Notes: generated from the sequence alone by a model not told the origin. A DNA stretch of 64,000 nucleotides from Ranitomeya imitator (GCF_032444005.1 NC_091283.1:743690001-743754000), one strand, 5' to 3'. Shown: positions 24,076 through 36,906, counted from the stretch's first letter. Numbers and translations are program-made.

Positions 24076-27000
24076 CTATGATTCGGTGTTGTTGAGAAGT
24101 CTGGCCCAATCCAGCCCTTGTTCATTTTTATAAGTCAGCCTGTCAGCATTTTCAGATGAAAGGCAAATGCGCTTATCGATTATAATTCCACCAGCGGCAC
24201 TAAATACCCGCTCTGACAAAATGCTAGCGGCAGGGCAGCCCAGGACCTCCAAGGCGTAGAGAGCCAGTTCATGCCACATGTCCAGCTTGGATACCCAATA
24301 ATTATAAGGCACAGAGGAATCACGGAGGACGTTGGTACGGTCAGCAAGGTACTCCCTCAGCATCTTCCAAAACTTTGCACTCCTTGTGAGATTAACCCAT
24401 GCCTCAGGGCCCTGAGCGATGGGAGGGTCTGAGAAAAGTCTCCCAGAACTTTGCCAGTGTTCCCCTGCCTCTGCTGTATTGGAGTTGTGGCTCTATCACC
24501 TGTACTCCTTGGTTGTCCAACAAACTGTGACCTCTGCCGCCAGCGTTTTCAGATGGGAATTTTTTTTTAACAATTCCGCAACAAGGCCCATCTGGTACTG
24601 CACCATTTTAGTAGACCTGCCAGGCTGTGGAATAAGAGATAGAAAGTTCTCCTTGTAGCATGGGTCTAGAAGTGTCACCAACCAGTTATGACTGTCACCC
24701 AAAATTTTAATAACGCGAGGGTCACGGTCAAGGCAGCTTAACATAAACTCAGCCATGTGTGTCAGACTGCTAACAGCCAAGACTTCCGTGTCCTCACCAA
24801 GAGGACGACTAACCATGCTCTCCTCCTCCTCCCTGTCCCCAGGCCATCCATACTGAACAGACGGTATGACAGTTGTGCTTGTATTGCTGTCTATAGCGCA
24901 TGAAACTAGCTCCTGTTCTTCCTCCTCCTCCTCTTCCTCAGTCACCCAATCCTCGTTGGAATTAGATGAAGCTGGGCTGTGTGTAATCACCCTGTATGGT
25001 TTCTTTCTCCATCTCATCATGCTCCGCATTCAATGCATCCTCTGATTGTGAGCAGAGAGCATTTCAGAACACAGAGAAATGGGATGGTGATGCTAATTAT
25101 GGCATCATCGCCGCTCACCATCTTGGTGGAGTCCTCAAACTTTTGGAGGATGGTACATATGTCTGACATCCATGTCCACTACTGAGGTCTTATGTGTGGA
25201 GTCTGAACTGAAAACCGACAGCCTTGTTGATGCTAGTAGTCAACAACTGCCCTCTTCTGCTCACAAATCCTTTCCAACATCTGCAGTGTAGAGTTTCAAC
25301 GTGTGGGGACATCACACAACAGTCAGTGAGCTGGAAGCTGCAAACATTGCTGAAGCACGGCAAGGGCAGCTGAAGATGGAGCTGACTTTCTAAATTGGGC
25401 ACACAGGCGGAGTACTTTCACAAGCAGATATGGAAGCTCTGGGTAGCTTTTGAGAAACCTTTGAACAATGAGGTTAAGCACATGGGCCAGACATGGTACG
25501 TGTGTGAGCTCACCTCAGAGCCGCCACCAGGTGTTTCGGCCATTGTCACACACGACCATGCCTGGTTGTAGGTTCAGCGGTGTCAGCCACAGATCTGTCT
25601 GCTCTTTCAGAGCTGTCCACAACTCTTCAGCATTGTGCAGTTTGTCACCTAAGCATATTAGATTCAGCACAGCCTGTTGCCGCTTGACTGAGGCAGTGCT
25701 GCAGTGCTTCCATCTTGTGACTGATGTGGTCATTTTGAAGATGGAGGCTGAAGAGGAGGAAGAGGAGGTACAGGAGCTGTAGACTGTGGGGGCAACCCTG
25801 ATTGACGTAGGGCCCGCAATCCTCTGCGTCGAGAGGACGTGTTCCATCCCAAGAACCGACTGGGTCCCGGCTTCCACTATGTTAACCCAGTGTGCCGTCA
25901 GCGAGATGTACTGTCCCTGCCTAGAATCACTTGTCCACTTGTCCGTGGTTAGGTGGACTTTCCCAGTAACAGCCTTGTTGAGGGCACGGCTAATGTTGTG
26001 GGACACGTGCTTGAGTAATGTGAGGACGGCACAATGGGAGAAATAGTGGCTGTTAGGGACTGAGTACCTTGGGACTGCCGCCGCATCAGGTTGCAGAAAG
26101 ATTCCTTCTCTATGAGCCTAAAAGGCAGCATTTCGAGCGCAAGCAGATGAGAAATGTGTGAATTTAGTAGTATGGCCTGGGGTGCGTTGGCAGCGTATTT
26201 CCGCTTGCGTTACAAGGACTGGGGTATGGACAACTGAACGCTGCGCTGGGACAAGGACGTGGATGTGTTTGATGATGGTGCTTTGAATGCACCATGGGCA
26301 GGGCATTGGCTTGCATGCACAATAGTGGAATAAGCAGTGTTGTCACCAGCAGACACAGTTCCTGGCCTCGGGGGCTCTACCCACAAAGTCGGGTGCTTTG
26401 CTGCCATGTGCCTGATCTGTTGTGAATTCTGTTATCGAACTCCCTCTTGTGGTCATGAATGGTGCTTCGGCGAGTTCTGTCCATGGACTCCCTCTGGTGG
26501 CTGTGAGTGGAGCTGCTGCTTCTGAGGTTCCTTCCACAGGTGACGTAGTTTATTCTTTGGCTGGCTGCTCTATTTAACTCCACTCAGATCGTTACTCCAT
26601 GCCAGCTGTCAATGTTCTTGTACTGGTTCAGTTCGCTCTTGGATCTTTCTGGTGACCTGTCTACTCCACCAGAAGCTAAGTCCCTGCTAGTTAATTATTT
26701 GTTCATTGTTTCCTTGTCCAGCTTGCTATCATGATTTTGCCTTGTTAGCTGGAAGCTCTGGGATGCAGAGTGGCACCTCCGCACCGTGAGTCGGTGCGGA
26801 GGTCTTTTTGCACACTCTGCGTGGTCTTTTTATAGTTTTTTGTGCTGACCGCAAAGATACCTTTCCTATCCTCAAGTCTGTTTAGTAAGTCTGGCCTCCC
26901 TTTGCTGGAACCTGTTTCATTTCTGTGTTTGTGACTTTCATCTTAACTCACAGTCAATATATGTGGGGGGCTGCCTTTTCCTTTGGGGAATTTCTCTGAG

Positions 27001-28125
27001 GCAAGGTAGGCTTTATTTTCTATCTTTAGGGCTAGTTAGCTCTTAGGCTGTGAAGAGGCGTCTAGGCAGAGTTAGGTACGCTCCACGGCTATTTCTAGTT
27101 GTGTGATAGGATTAGGGGTTGCGGTCAGCAGAGCTCCCACTTCCCAGAGCTTGTCCTGTGTGAGTTTAACCATCAGGTCGTTCCGGGTGCTCCTAACCAC
27201 CAGGTCCATAACACTGATCATGCTGGTGGTGGTCAGGCTGGTAGTTTTGCTATCCCTGCTGATGTGGGCATGTCAGGTGGTGCAAATGGCCTGTTTGGGG
27301 TTATCGGTAGAGTCTTTAAAAACAACCAGACTCAGGAAGACCTAACAGTTGCACTGCCAATTTCCATGGTGTTGGTGTTACGGGGAACAGTTGCCCACAT
27401 TCTGTCTGAGGCCACCACACTTCTTCTTCCTGCCTGTTGGGGTGCTACACCTCCCACCCTCTGTGTGCTGCTGTCCTTGCTCTGCATGTCCTCATGCCAG
27501 GTTGGGTCAGTTACTATATCATCCATCACCTTGTCTTCCACTTCCGCACCCTGGTCCTCCTCCTGATTTTCTGGCAATTGTGTCTCATCATCATCCACCT
27601 CTTGCGACATGTTTCCACGGTCGACTTTGTGTGACTGTGGCTTCTCAAATATTTTGGCATTGCTACATGCAATCTCCTGTTGCCCCACTTCAAGTGGAAT
27701 GGGATTGGGGCCTGAATCTCTAAATGGAAAAGTGAACAGCTCTTCGGAGTGTCCAAGTGTGGAATCAATTGTCTCCGGGCACTCGGCATGGTGGGAAGAA
27801 GGAGTATCAGGGTGAGGAATATGTGGTCCAAACTCACGGCTACTCAGACTTGACCATGTAGAAGACAGGGTGGTGGTGGTGGCAAAGTGACTGGAAACAT
27901 TATCCGCTATCCAGCCAATAACCTTTTGACACTGCTCTGGGTTCAATAGTGGTGTGCTGCTGCGGTCCCCTAGTAAATTGGGATAAGAAGGTCGAGCGAG
28001 AAGATGTGGGTGTTTGTTGTGGCCCAATTTCAGCTAGCTCATGGCCTCGGTCTCGGCATGCACCATCACCATCACGTTCACTTCCCCGTCCCTTGCCACG
28101 CGCCTTGCCTATTTTAAATGAAGTA
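24076..28125 (-). pseudogene. hAT (ZBED-like) transposase, multiply frameshifted and split by a solo LTR
   Basis: BED finger remnant VWLF..AICTT*HAHI...SMI|RHMAAKHP; LPFRLIE; catalytic VHLTTDKWTS; C-terminal LALYALEVLGCPAASILSERVFSAAG. Confidence 0.9.
26418..27213 (+). mobile_element. Solo LTR (796 bp) of a family related to the Gypsy at 57422
   Basis: TGTTGTGAATTCTG ... CATAACA; 6-bp TSD CTGATC (26412-26417, 27214-27219); long blocks shared with the 57422 LTR. Confidence 0.92.
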
Positions 28126-28199
28126 CAATATTTTCCACGTTCACTACAAATGGCTGAATTTGGAGCGAATATGCGATTCATGTGGGAAAACCAGAGTTT

Positions 28200-28740
28200 A
28201 AAATATGTGGCCTGTAGCTAACAATTTTTTTTTCAGCAAACTGGTGTCAATAACTAGGCTAAGACTCAGCAACAACAGTTCAATGGATGCCTCAAATGCC
28301 ACAATTTTTAGCCCACAGATAGATGAGGCGTGTGACGGAGATACCAGACTTTAAAATATCTGGCCTGTATTTTTTTCACAGCAAAATAGTGTCAATAACT
28401 AGGCTAAGACACAGAAAAAACAGTTCAATGGAGGCCTCAAATGCCACAATTTTTAGCCCACTGATAGGTGAGGCGTGTGATGGAGATACCCCACTTTAAA
28501 ATATCTGGCCTGTATTTTTCTTTTTTTTTTTTTGCAGCAAAATGGTGTCAATAACTAGGCTAAGACAAAGCAAGAACAGTCCAATGGAGGCCTCAAATGC
28601 CACAATTTTTAGCCCACAGATAGGTGAGGTGTGTGATGGAGAAACCCCACTTTAAAAAAATTGGGTAAGACACAGCAAAAAATATTCAATGGAGGCCTGA
28701 AATGGCACAATTTTGAGCACAATGATATGTGATCCGTGTG
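28200..28740 (+). repeat. ~145-155-bp tandem repeat upstream of the hAT transposase, 3-4 units
   Basis: CAGCAAA.TGGTGTCAATAACTAGGCTAAGAC...CCTCAAATGCCACAATTTTTAGCCCAC repeated; the motif resumes at ~32790 after the CR1. Confidence 0.8.
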
Positions 28741-29607
28741 GCGGACAAAACCCAGTGTAACATAGTAACATAGCTATTAAGGTTGACTTTACGACATCTA
28801 GATGAACCCATAGCCTAACCTAACATGCCCTAACATGTTGATCCAGAGGAAGGCAAAAAAAACCATATGGCAAAGAGTAAGCTCCACATTGGGGAAAAAA
28901 TTCCGTCCCGACTCCACTTACGGCAATCAGACTAATTCCTTGGATCAACGCCCTATCAAGGAATCTAGTATACAGTATATAACCTGTAACATTATACTTT
29001 TTAAGAAAGGTATCCAGTCCCCTCTTAAATTTTAGTAATGAATCACTCATTACAACATCATACGGCAGAGAGTTCCATAGTCTCACTGCTCTTACAGTAA
29101 AGTATCCGCGTCTGTTATTATGCTTAAACCTTCTTTCCTCCAGACGTAGATGATGCCCCCTTGTCCCTGTCTCAGGTTTATGATTAAAAAGATCATCAGA
29201 AAGGTCTTTGTACTGACCCCTCATATATTTATACATTAAAATAAGATCACCCCTTAGCCTTTGTTTTTCCAAACTAAATAGCCCCAAGTGTAATAACCTA
29301 TCTTGGTATTGCAGACCCCCCAGTCCTCAAATAACCTTGGTCGCTCTTCTCTGATCCCTCTCTAGTTTAGCTATGTCTTTCTTATACACCAGAGACCAGA
29401 ACTGTGCACAGTATTCTAAGTGTGGTCGAACTAGTGACTTGTATAGAGGTAAAATTATGTTCTCCTCATGAGCATCTATGCTTCTTTTAATGCATCCCAT
29501 TATTTTATTTGGCTTTGTAGCAGCTGCCTGACACTGGCCATTAAATGTGAGTTTGTCATTCACCCAGGTCTTTTTCATTTATGGTTTTGTCCAGAGCTTT
29601 AGAATTA

Positions 29608-29803
29608 GGAATCCTTTCCACTTGCGAGATAAATGTCCGTGTCTCGAAGTGAAAACCCACCTATGGCACCGGCACTCCAGAGCGGAGAGTGCGGCTGCAT
29701 AGCAATGCAATGGAGCCGCACGCTCTGCTCCCAAGTGCCGGCGCCAGAGCTGGGTTTTCTCATGCGAGATACGGACGTTTATCTCGCAAGTGGAAAGGAG
29801 CCC
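29608..29803. mobile_element. Palindromic Harbinger-type MITE (196 bp) inside the CR1
   Basis: CCTTTCCACTTGCGAGATAAA.GTCCGT.TCTCG / CGAGATACGGACGTTTATCTCGCAAGTGGAAAGG; flanks TTA / TCA. Confidence 0.8.
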
Positions 29804-29815
29804 TCAAGCACATAG

Positions 29816-30602
29816 TGTTAGGGGTCGAGTTCCTGCCTCTGCACAGGGGGAATCTCGGGCCATCTCCGCTGCGGTCTCCCATTCTTCTCCTGCCTCAGTG
29901 GAGCCTGCTCAGCGGAGACGTCGATCCCAGCGTCTCGCTCAGTCTGACTCTGTTACTGCTGCATTTCCTGCTTCTGCCATTGAAGTCAGTGCTGGGCAGC
30001 GGCGAGCAGACGCGTCTGGGGCTAAGTCCTGCTTTTCACATTCTGAACATGCCCAGAGTAAGATCTCTCAGTGGAGATCTGGGGTCACATGCTCAGGTAA
30101 TGCAGCTCTCCATTGGTCCTTCTTTGAAAGGTCCTAAACGTGCGGCAACTATTTAAGGCTCGCATGGCCGCACGGCCATGCGCTAGTATCAATTCATATA
30201 TGTGCTTTGTGCCAGTGTGGTTATGTATGAGTGTGTTCAGGGACCCGACTGAAATAAGCCCCTAGAATACCGGCACCTTCGGTGAGGAGATTGTATGAGT
30301 GCGTTCAGGGACCCGGCTGAAATAAGCCCCTAGAATACCGGCTTTTCCGGTGAGGAGATTGCATGTTGCATAACCACTGACTGCTATCAGCTTGGCAGTA
30401 AGCTTGTGCTCCTGTGAGGCTAACAGGGTGCAGTGCTTCCCTTTCACGGCTACTCTGTGGAGTAACAGAGCTAGCCTATACCGCCTAACAGTGCCGCCAT
30501 TCGCTAGCAGCAGGTTCCTCCTGCACGGTGGACCCCGGGCTGCGAATGCACCATTTATAATAAACATCTCTATTTTCTCGGTGCGTTCCGCTAGCCCTAA
30601 CA
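29816..30602. mobile_element. Solo LTR (787 bp) inside the CR1
   Basis: TGTTAGGG ... CCCTAACA; 5-bp TSD CATAG (29811-29815, 30603-30607); internal ~69-bp direct repeat at ~30233-30364. Confidence 0.9.
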
Positions 30603-33224
30603 CATAGTTATACATCTTATTACTTCTACCCAAGTGCATGACCTTACATTTATCCCCATTAAAGCTCATTTGCCATTTATCAGCCCAAGCTTCTAGTTTA
30701 CATAAATCATCCTGTAATATAAAACTGTCCTTCTCTGTATTGATTACCCTGCAGAGTTTAGTGTCATCTGCAAATATTGAAATTCTGCTTTGTATGCCCC
30801 CTACAAGGTCATTAATAAATATGTTAAAAAGAAGAGGGCTAAATATTGACCCCTGTGGTACCCCACTACTACCTGCGACCCAGTCCGAGTGTGCTCCATT
30901 AATAACCACCCTTTATTTCCTATCCCTGAGCCAGCTCTTAACCCACTTACACATATTTTCCCCTATCCCCATTATTCTCATTTTATGTATTAACCTTTTG
31001 TGTGGCAACGTATCAAAAGCTTTTGAAAAGTCCATAAACACTATGTCCACTGGGTTCCCTTGGTCCAGTCCGGAACTTACTGTACCTCTTCATAGAAATT
31101 GATCAGATTAGTCTGACAGGAACGGTGCCTAGTAAACCTGTGCTGATAATGGGTCATGAGGTTATTCCTTTTCAGTATAGCATCCCTTAGAATACCCTCC
31201 AGGATTTTACCCACAGTAGAGGTTAAGCTTACTGGCCTATAATTTCCGAGTTCAGTGTTTGTCCCCTTTTTGAATATTGGCACCACATTTGCTATACGCC
31301 AGTCCTGTGGTACAGACCCTGTTATTATGGAGTCTTTAAAGATTAAAAATAATGGTCTATCAATGACTGTACTTAATTCCTGCAGTACTCGGGGGTGTAT
31401 CCCATGGGAGCTGGAGATTTGTCAATTTTAGTGATTTTTAGATGCTGCTGTACTTCCTGCTGGGTTAAGCAGGTGACACAAATGTGAAATTTTTGTTATC
31501 ACTGATTATATTGTCTGCCATGGGATTTTCTTGTGTAAATTCTGATAAAAAAAAGTCATTTAGCATATTGGCTTTTTCCTCCTCCTCATCCACCATTTCA
31601 CCCAGTCTATTTTTAAGAGGGCCAACACTATAATTTTTTAGTTTCTTGCTATTTACATAGTTAAAGAATATTTTGGGATTATTTTTACTCTCTCTGACAA
31701 TGAGCTTCTCTGTCTCAATTTTTGCTGCCTTGATTTGCTTTTTACAGAATTTATTTAATTGTCTATATTTATTTATTGCCTCATCACTACCTACTTCCTT
31801 TAATTCTCGAAATGTTTTCTTTTTGTCACTTATTGCGCCCCTTACAGCTCTATTTAGCCTTATTGGTTTCCTCCTATTTCTAGTATGTTTATTCCCATAC
31901 GGTATATACTGTGCACAGGTCCTATCCAGGATGTTAATAAATGTCTCCCATTTTCTTTGTGTATTTTAATGTCTCAGGATATCGTCCCTATTAATTGCAC
32001 CAAGATCCTCTCTCATCCGTTGGAAATTTGCCCTCCTGAAGTTTAGTGTCCTTGTAACCCCTCTACTACACATCTTATTAAAGGATACATGAAAACTTAT
32101 TATTTTGTGATCACTATTCCCCAAGTGACCCCCAACCCTTATATTTGATATGCGGTCTGGCCTGTTGGTTAATATTAGGTCTAGCAGTGCCCCCCTTCTT
32201 GTTGGGTCCTGAACCAGTTGTGAAAGGTAATTGTCTCTCATATTTGTCAAAAACCGATTACCTTTGCTGGAACTGCAGGTTTCTGTTCCCCAATCTATTT
32301 CAGGGTAGATGAAGTCCCCCATAATAATGACTTCTCCTTGAGTCGCAGCTTCATCTATTTGCTTTTCGAGGATATTATCCGTTGCTGCCATTATTTTTGG
32401 AGACTTATAACTAACCCATATCAGTAATTTATTATTTTTCCCCTCCCCTTATCTCCACCCACAGGGACTCTACATTTTCATTAGATTCACCTATATTATC
32501 ACGCAGGATGGGTTTTAAGGACGATTTTACATATAGACACACCCCTCCCCCTCGCTTATCCATTCGGTTATTTCTGAACAGACTATAACCCTAAGTTAAC
32601 AGCCCAGTCAGGGCTCTCATCCAGCCACGTTTCAGATATCTCCACCATGTCATAATTATGCTCCAACAACATTAATTCTAATTCGCCCATTTTGTTGGCG
32701 AGGCTACTGGCATTAGTATACATGCACTTGATGTATCTCTCTGTACCTCTATTCTTTCTTAAATTATCTGCCTTGTAGGTAAATATTCTTTCAGCAAAAT
32801 GGTGTCAAGAACTTGTATAAGACAATCCAACAAATTTTACAGTACCACAAAAATGGCAGAATTTTCTACGCTGTCAGATGTGATCACTGTGACGGCCCAA
32901 CCGCTGTTTGAAGTAGCTGGATTTTCATGCTGTACTATGGAGAGGATCTGGCTGTATTCTGCAGTGCCAAAAAGCAAATGGAGAAAAAAACAGTGTGATC
33001 TGGATTACTTTTGAATAAAATTATCAGGATTAAGATGCAAAAAAAATTATTCCTGGCCAACTGATACCTGGGGTTATTTATATATGGTAAATATCTGTAA
33101 TAGGCAGCTGCAGCAGACAGTAATGAAATGGACCCTCTTGCTGTATGCAATGAAGTATGCCACATACAATGCTTGCCTGCCTAGCACTGATATGCTTATA
33201 CCCACATACACTGTCTGCCTAGCA

Positions 33225-33262
<38 letters not shown>

Positions 33263-33265
<3 letters not shown>

Positions 33266-34868
33266 TGGGGCAAAAAAGTATTTAGTCAGTCAGCAATAGT
33301 GCAAGTTCCACCACTTAAAAAGATGAGAGGCGTCTGTAATTTACATCATAGGTAGACCTCAACTATGGGAGACAAACTGAGAAAAAAAAATCCAGAAAAT
33401 CACATTGTCTGTTTTTTTATCATTTTTTTTGCATATTATGGTGGAAAATAAGTATTTGGTCAGAAACAAACAATCAAGATTTCTGGCTCTCACAGACCTG
33501 TAACTTCTTCTTTAAGAGTCTCCTCTTTCCTCCACTCATTACCTGTAGTAATGGCACCTGTTTAAACTTGTTATCAGTATAAAAAGACACCTGTGCACAC
33601 CCTCAAACAGTCTGACTCCAAACTCCACTATGGTGAAGACCAAAGAGCTGTCAAAAGACACCAGAAACAAAATTGTAGCCCTGCACCAGGCTGGGAAGAC
33701 TGAATCTGCAATAGCCAACCAGCTTGGAGTGAAGAAATCAACAGTGGGAGCAATAATTCGAAAATGGAAGACATACAAGACCACTGATAATCTCCCTCGA
33801 TCTGGGGCTCCACGCAAACTCCCACCCCGTGGGGTCAGAATGATCACAAGAACGGTGAGCAAAAATCCCAGAACCATGCGGGGGGACCTAGTGAATGAAC
33901 TGCAGAGAGCTGGGAGCAATGTAACAAGGCCTACCATAAGTAACACACTACGCCACCATGGACTCAGATCCTGCAGTGCCAGACGTGTCCCACTGCTTAA
34001 GCGAGTACATGTCCGGGCCCGTCTGAAGTTTGCTAGAGAGCATTTGGATGATCCAGAGGAGTTTTGGGAGAATGTCCTATGGTCTGATGAAACCAAACTG
34101 GAACTGTTTGGTAGAAACACAACTTGTCGTGTTTGGAGGAAAAAGAATACTGAGTTGCATCCATCAAACACCATACCTACTGTAAAGCATGGTGGTGAAA
34201 ACATCATGCTTTGGGGCTGTTTCTCTGCAAAGGGGCCAGGACGACTGATCCGGGTACATGAAAGAATGAATGGGGCCATGCATCGTGAGATTTTGAGTGC
34301 AAACCTCCTTCCATCAGCAAGGGCATTGAAGATGAAACGTGGCTGGGTCTTTCAACATGACAATGATCCAAAGCACACCGCCAGGGCAACGAAGGAGTGG
34401 CTTCGTAAGAAGCATTTCAAGGTCCTGGAGTGGCCTAGCCAGTCTCCAGATCTCAACCCTATAGAAAACCTTTGGAGGGAGTTGAAAGTCCGTGTTGCCA
34501 AGCGAAAAGCCAAAAACATCACTGCTCTAGAGGAGATCTGCATGGAGGAATGGGCCAACATACCAACAACAGTGTGTGGCAACCTTGTGAAGACTTACAG
34601 AAAACGTTTGACCTCTGTCATTGCCAACAAAGGATATATTACAAAGTATTGAGATGAAATTTTGTTTCTGACCAAATACTTATTTTCCACCATAATATGC
34701 AAATAAAATGTTAAAAAAACAGACAATGTGATTTTCTGGATTTTTTTTTCTCAGTTTGTCTCCCATAGTTGAGGTCTACCTATGATGTAAATTACAGACG
34801 CCTCTCATCTTTTTAAGTGGTGGAACTTGCACTATTGCTTACTGACTAAATACTTTTTTGCCCCACTG
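33263..34868 (+). mobile_element. Full-length IR/DR Tc1 transposon (1,606 bp)
   Basis: 208-bp TIRs (33263-33470, 34661-34868) with about 3 mismatches seen; outer and inner direct repeats CAAAAAAGTATTTAGTCAG / AAAATAAGTATTTGGTCAG; TA flanks inside a (TA)n tract. Confidence 0.96.
33630..34652 (+). CDS. Tc1-family DD34E transposase, 340 aa, open frame
   Basis: N-terminal paired-like HTH region, PRSGAPRK linker, [26 protein letters not shown]; 34 residues between the second D and the E. Confidence 0.95.
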   Translation: MVKTKELSKDTRNKIVALHQAGKTESAIANQLGVKKSTVGAIIRKWKTYKTTDNLPRSGAPRKLPPRGVRMITRTVSKNPRTMRGDLVNELQRAGSNVTRPTISNTLRHHGLRSCSARRVPLLKRVHVRARLKFAREHLDDPEEFWENVLWSDETKLELFGRNTTCRVWRKKNTELHPSNTIPTVKHGGENIMLWGCFSAKGPGRLIRVHERMNGAMHREILSANLLPSARALKMKRGWVFQHDNDPKHTARATKEWLRKKHFKVLEWPSQSPDLNPIENLWRELKVRVAKRKAKNITALEEICMEEWANIPTTVCGNLVKTYRKRLTSVIANKGYITKY

Positions 34869-36426
34869 TATATATATATATATATATATATAGCCACATA
34901 CACTGCCTGCCTACTTAGCACTGATATCTATATATCCCGTAATTAGTCCTTAGAAGGACTGTTGGTTTAGCTGGATTTGTGTATTTAATAATGGTATACC
35001 CACACTCACTTATACACCATCAATTCTGTCCCTATCTTTGCAGCACCTCTCCCTACAGTGCCTATGTCCAGAGCGGACTGTGACGAGCAGGGCGGCGCCA
35101 GGTCTGATATTGACCTGATGACGCTGAGCAGCCAGCCTATATTGTGATGCCACAACCAACATGGATGCAGCATTACAGTGTGTGGTAGACAATCCCTGCA
35201 TGTTGACTGCAACTCTAAAGAGCGCCAAACATGCAGGGCGGTGACCCAAACTCCCGCCAAGCAACCCCGGAAATGTTCGCCGAGCATCGCGACCACTGCG
35301 ATGCTCGGGCGAGCAACAAGTATTACAGAGCATGCTCGCTCATCACTACTAATTGGCCCTTTTAATCAATATTAGACAGTGGAGTGATAAAAAATATATA
35401 TTAAGCATGCTTGTGGTGGGTATATTTATTGATAGAAGTTCATGTGCTAGCTTTGCTGTATAGACTGTGATGGTATGAGCAGAGTCATCTCATTATGATC
35501 AAATATCATGGTAATGACAGCTTCCGATTACTGGAGGCTTAGTAATAATATATACATGGATATTAATCTGTATTCACACCCCCTGGTACTTCCTAGTCAC
35601 TGGGGAGGTGGCTGTTCTTCATTTCTCTATTAACTTACTACAGAGCACACAACTGTTCTGCTCCACTGTCAACACAAGCACTATCTGAAAGAAGTGTGTG
35701 CCTTCAATATGGTCACTTATAGAATAAAAAATAGTTACAGCGTTTTCAAGAAAATCAGTACAAACTCATTATTTATATAGACTTCACTAAAACGAAATAA
35801 ATGACAATTAAATAAAAATTACTATATATTCCCTGTAAAGGTTAATAATTAAAGGAACTCGCCTGCAAACTGGATTGTTGGGTTTATTAATCATTTAAAA
35901 AAGATACTTCATTCTATTGTTAAATGTCTCACGTGATCATAGAGACAATATTTAATCTTGGAGTTGACAGAATTGCCATCAGCAGTCCTGCCAGGTGCCT
36001 CTTTACAAATATTGACAGTCATTGCCTCTAGACATAACTATGGAGATGACGAAAACAAGTACAATACTGAGCGGCTACTGATATTGGAAGGCAGCTGTAC
36101 CAAACCTATTAAATGTCTCAGACAATGCTGTCAAAGTTCCTTAAATACAACTTTACACTTTCTTCTGTATTAGTTAACATAAAAATATTCAGATCTATCT
36201 ATGGGATATTTTACCTATTGCAACATCAAATGATCAAGTGGATCTCAGACCAACATTGACATCCAGAAGAATTGGTTGTAGATCTAAAGCTCTTTGGCAT
36301 ATGGAATGCCCATAAGCATTGGCCCCTACAGATGACAATGAGTAAAGGGTTCTTCTGAGTCATATTCCTCTCCTCCTTGACCTATTCTTCAAGTTATATG
36401 GATGTTAGAGCTCAATTACACTTCTA

Positions 36427-36882
36427 GTCTGGAGTTAGACTAGCGTATAGCATTGGATGCGAGAACATCGGATGGTATATGCTAATGACCCTCGGCACCA
36501 GCTCTGTTGCAAGCGGAAATCGAGTGTCAGTGCTCTGTGGTCAGATCCTCTCACATGAGAGAATCAGACCACAGGTGTGGAGGAGTTGGAGAAGTTAATT
36601 TCTCCATCTCCTCCATTGCTGGCAACCACAGAAATCGCACTGCACTCTGGTGACATCAGAGTGGAGTGAGATGTTTCACACGCACCCTTAGACTTGTATG
36701 GGTGCGTGCAATATGATTCTCATAGCCATTCGCAGCATGCTGTGATTATTTTCTCATGCCGAATCGGCATGAGAAAATAATCGCAGATGTGATCTGCCCT
36801 GTAGAATAACACTGGGTTCAGTGCAATCAGATTTTTATCAGATTGCACTCATCCAATTTATTCACTTGTGTGAGCAAGCCCT
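36427..36882. mobile_element. Harbinger-type MITE (family of 11231-11644)
   Basis: Shared core ATCCTCTCACATGAGAGAATCAGACCACAG and AATCGCACTG; degenerate TIRs. Confidence 0.6.
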
Positions 36883-36906
36883 TAGTGGGTTTTCCTGGAC
36901 AAGACA

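Larger units (their letters stand above)
28757..32760 (-). mobile_element. CR1 LINE with degenerate ORF2 (endonuclease + RT) and two nested inserts
   Basis: 8-bp tail repeat GTAACATAGTAACATAG; APE motifs YTNASSL, ISETWL, MGDF, LDLIL, SDH; RT NYRPVSLT, GVPQGS, FADD; C-terminal LFSLEKQRLRGDLI, LWNSLP. Confidence 0.92.
19688..35348 (-). mobile_element. Large BED-finger hAT transposon with nested insertions
   Basis: TIRs TAGTGATGGTCGAACAC (19688) and reverse complement TAGTGATGAGCGAGCAT (ends 35348), 13/17 match; TSD CTAATTGT (19680-19687) / CTAATTGG (35349-35356); hAT host sequence rejoins across the LTR, CR1 and Tc1 inserts. Confidence 0.8.
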
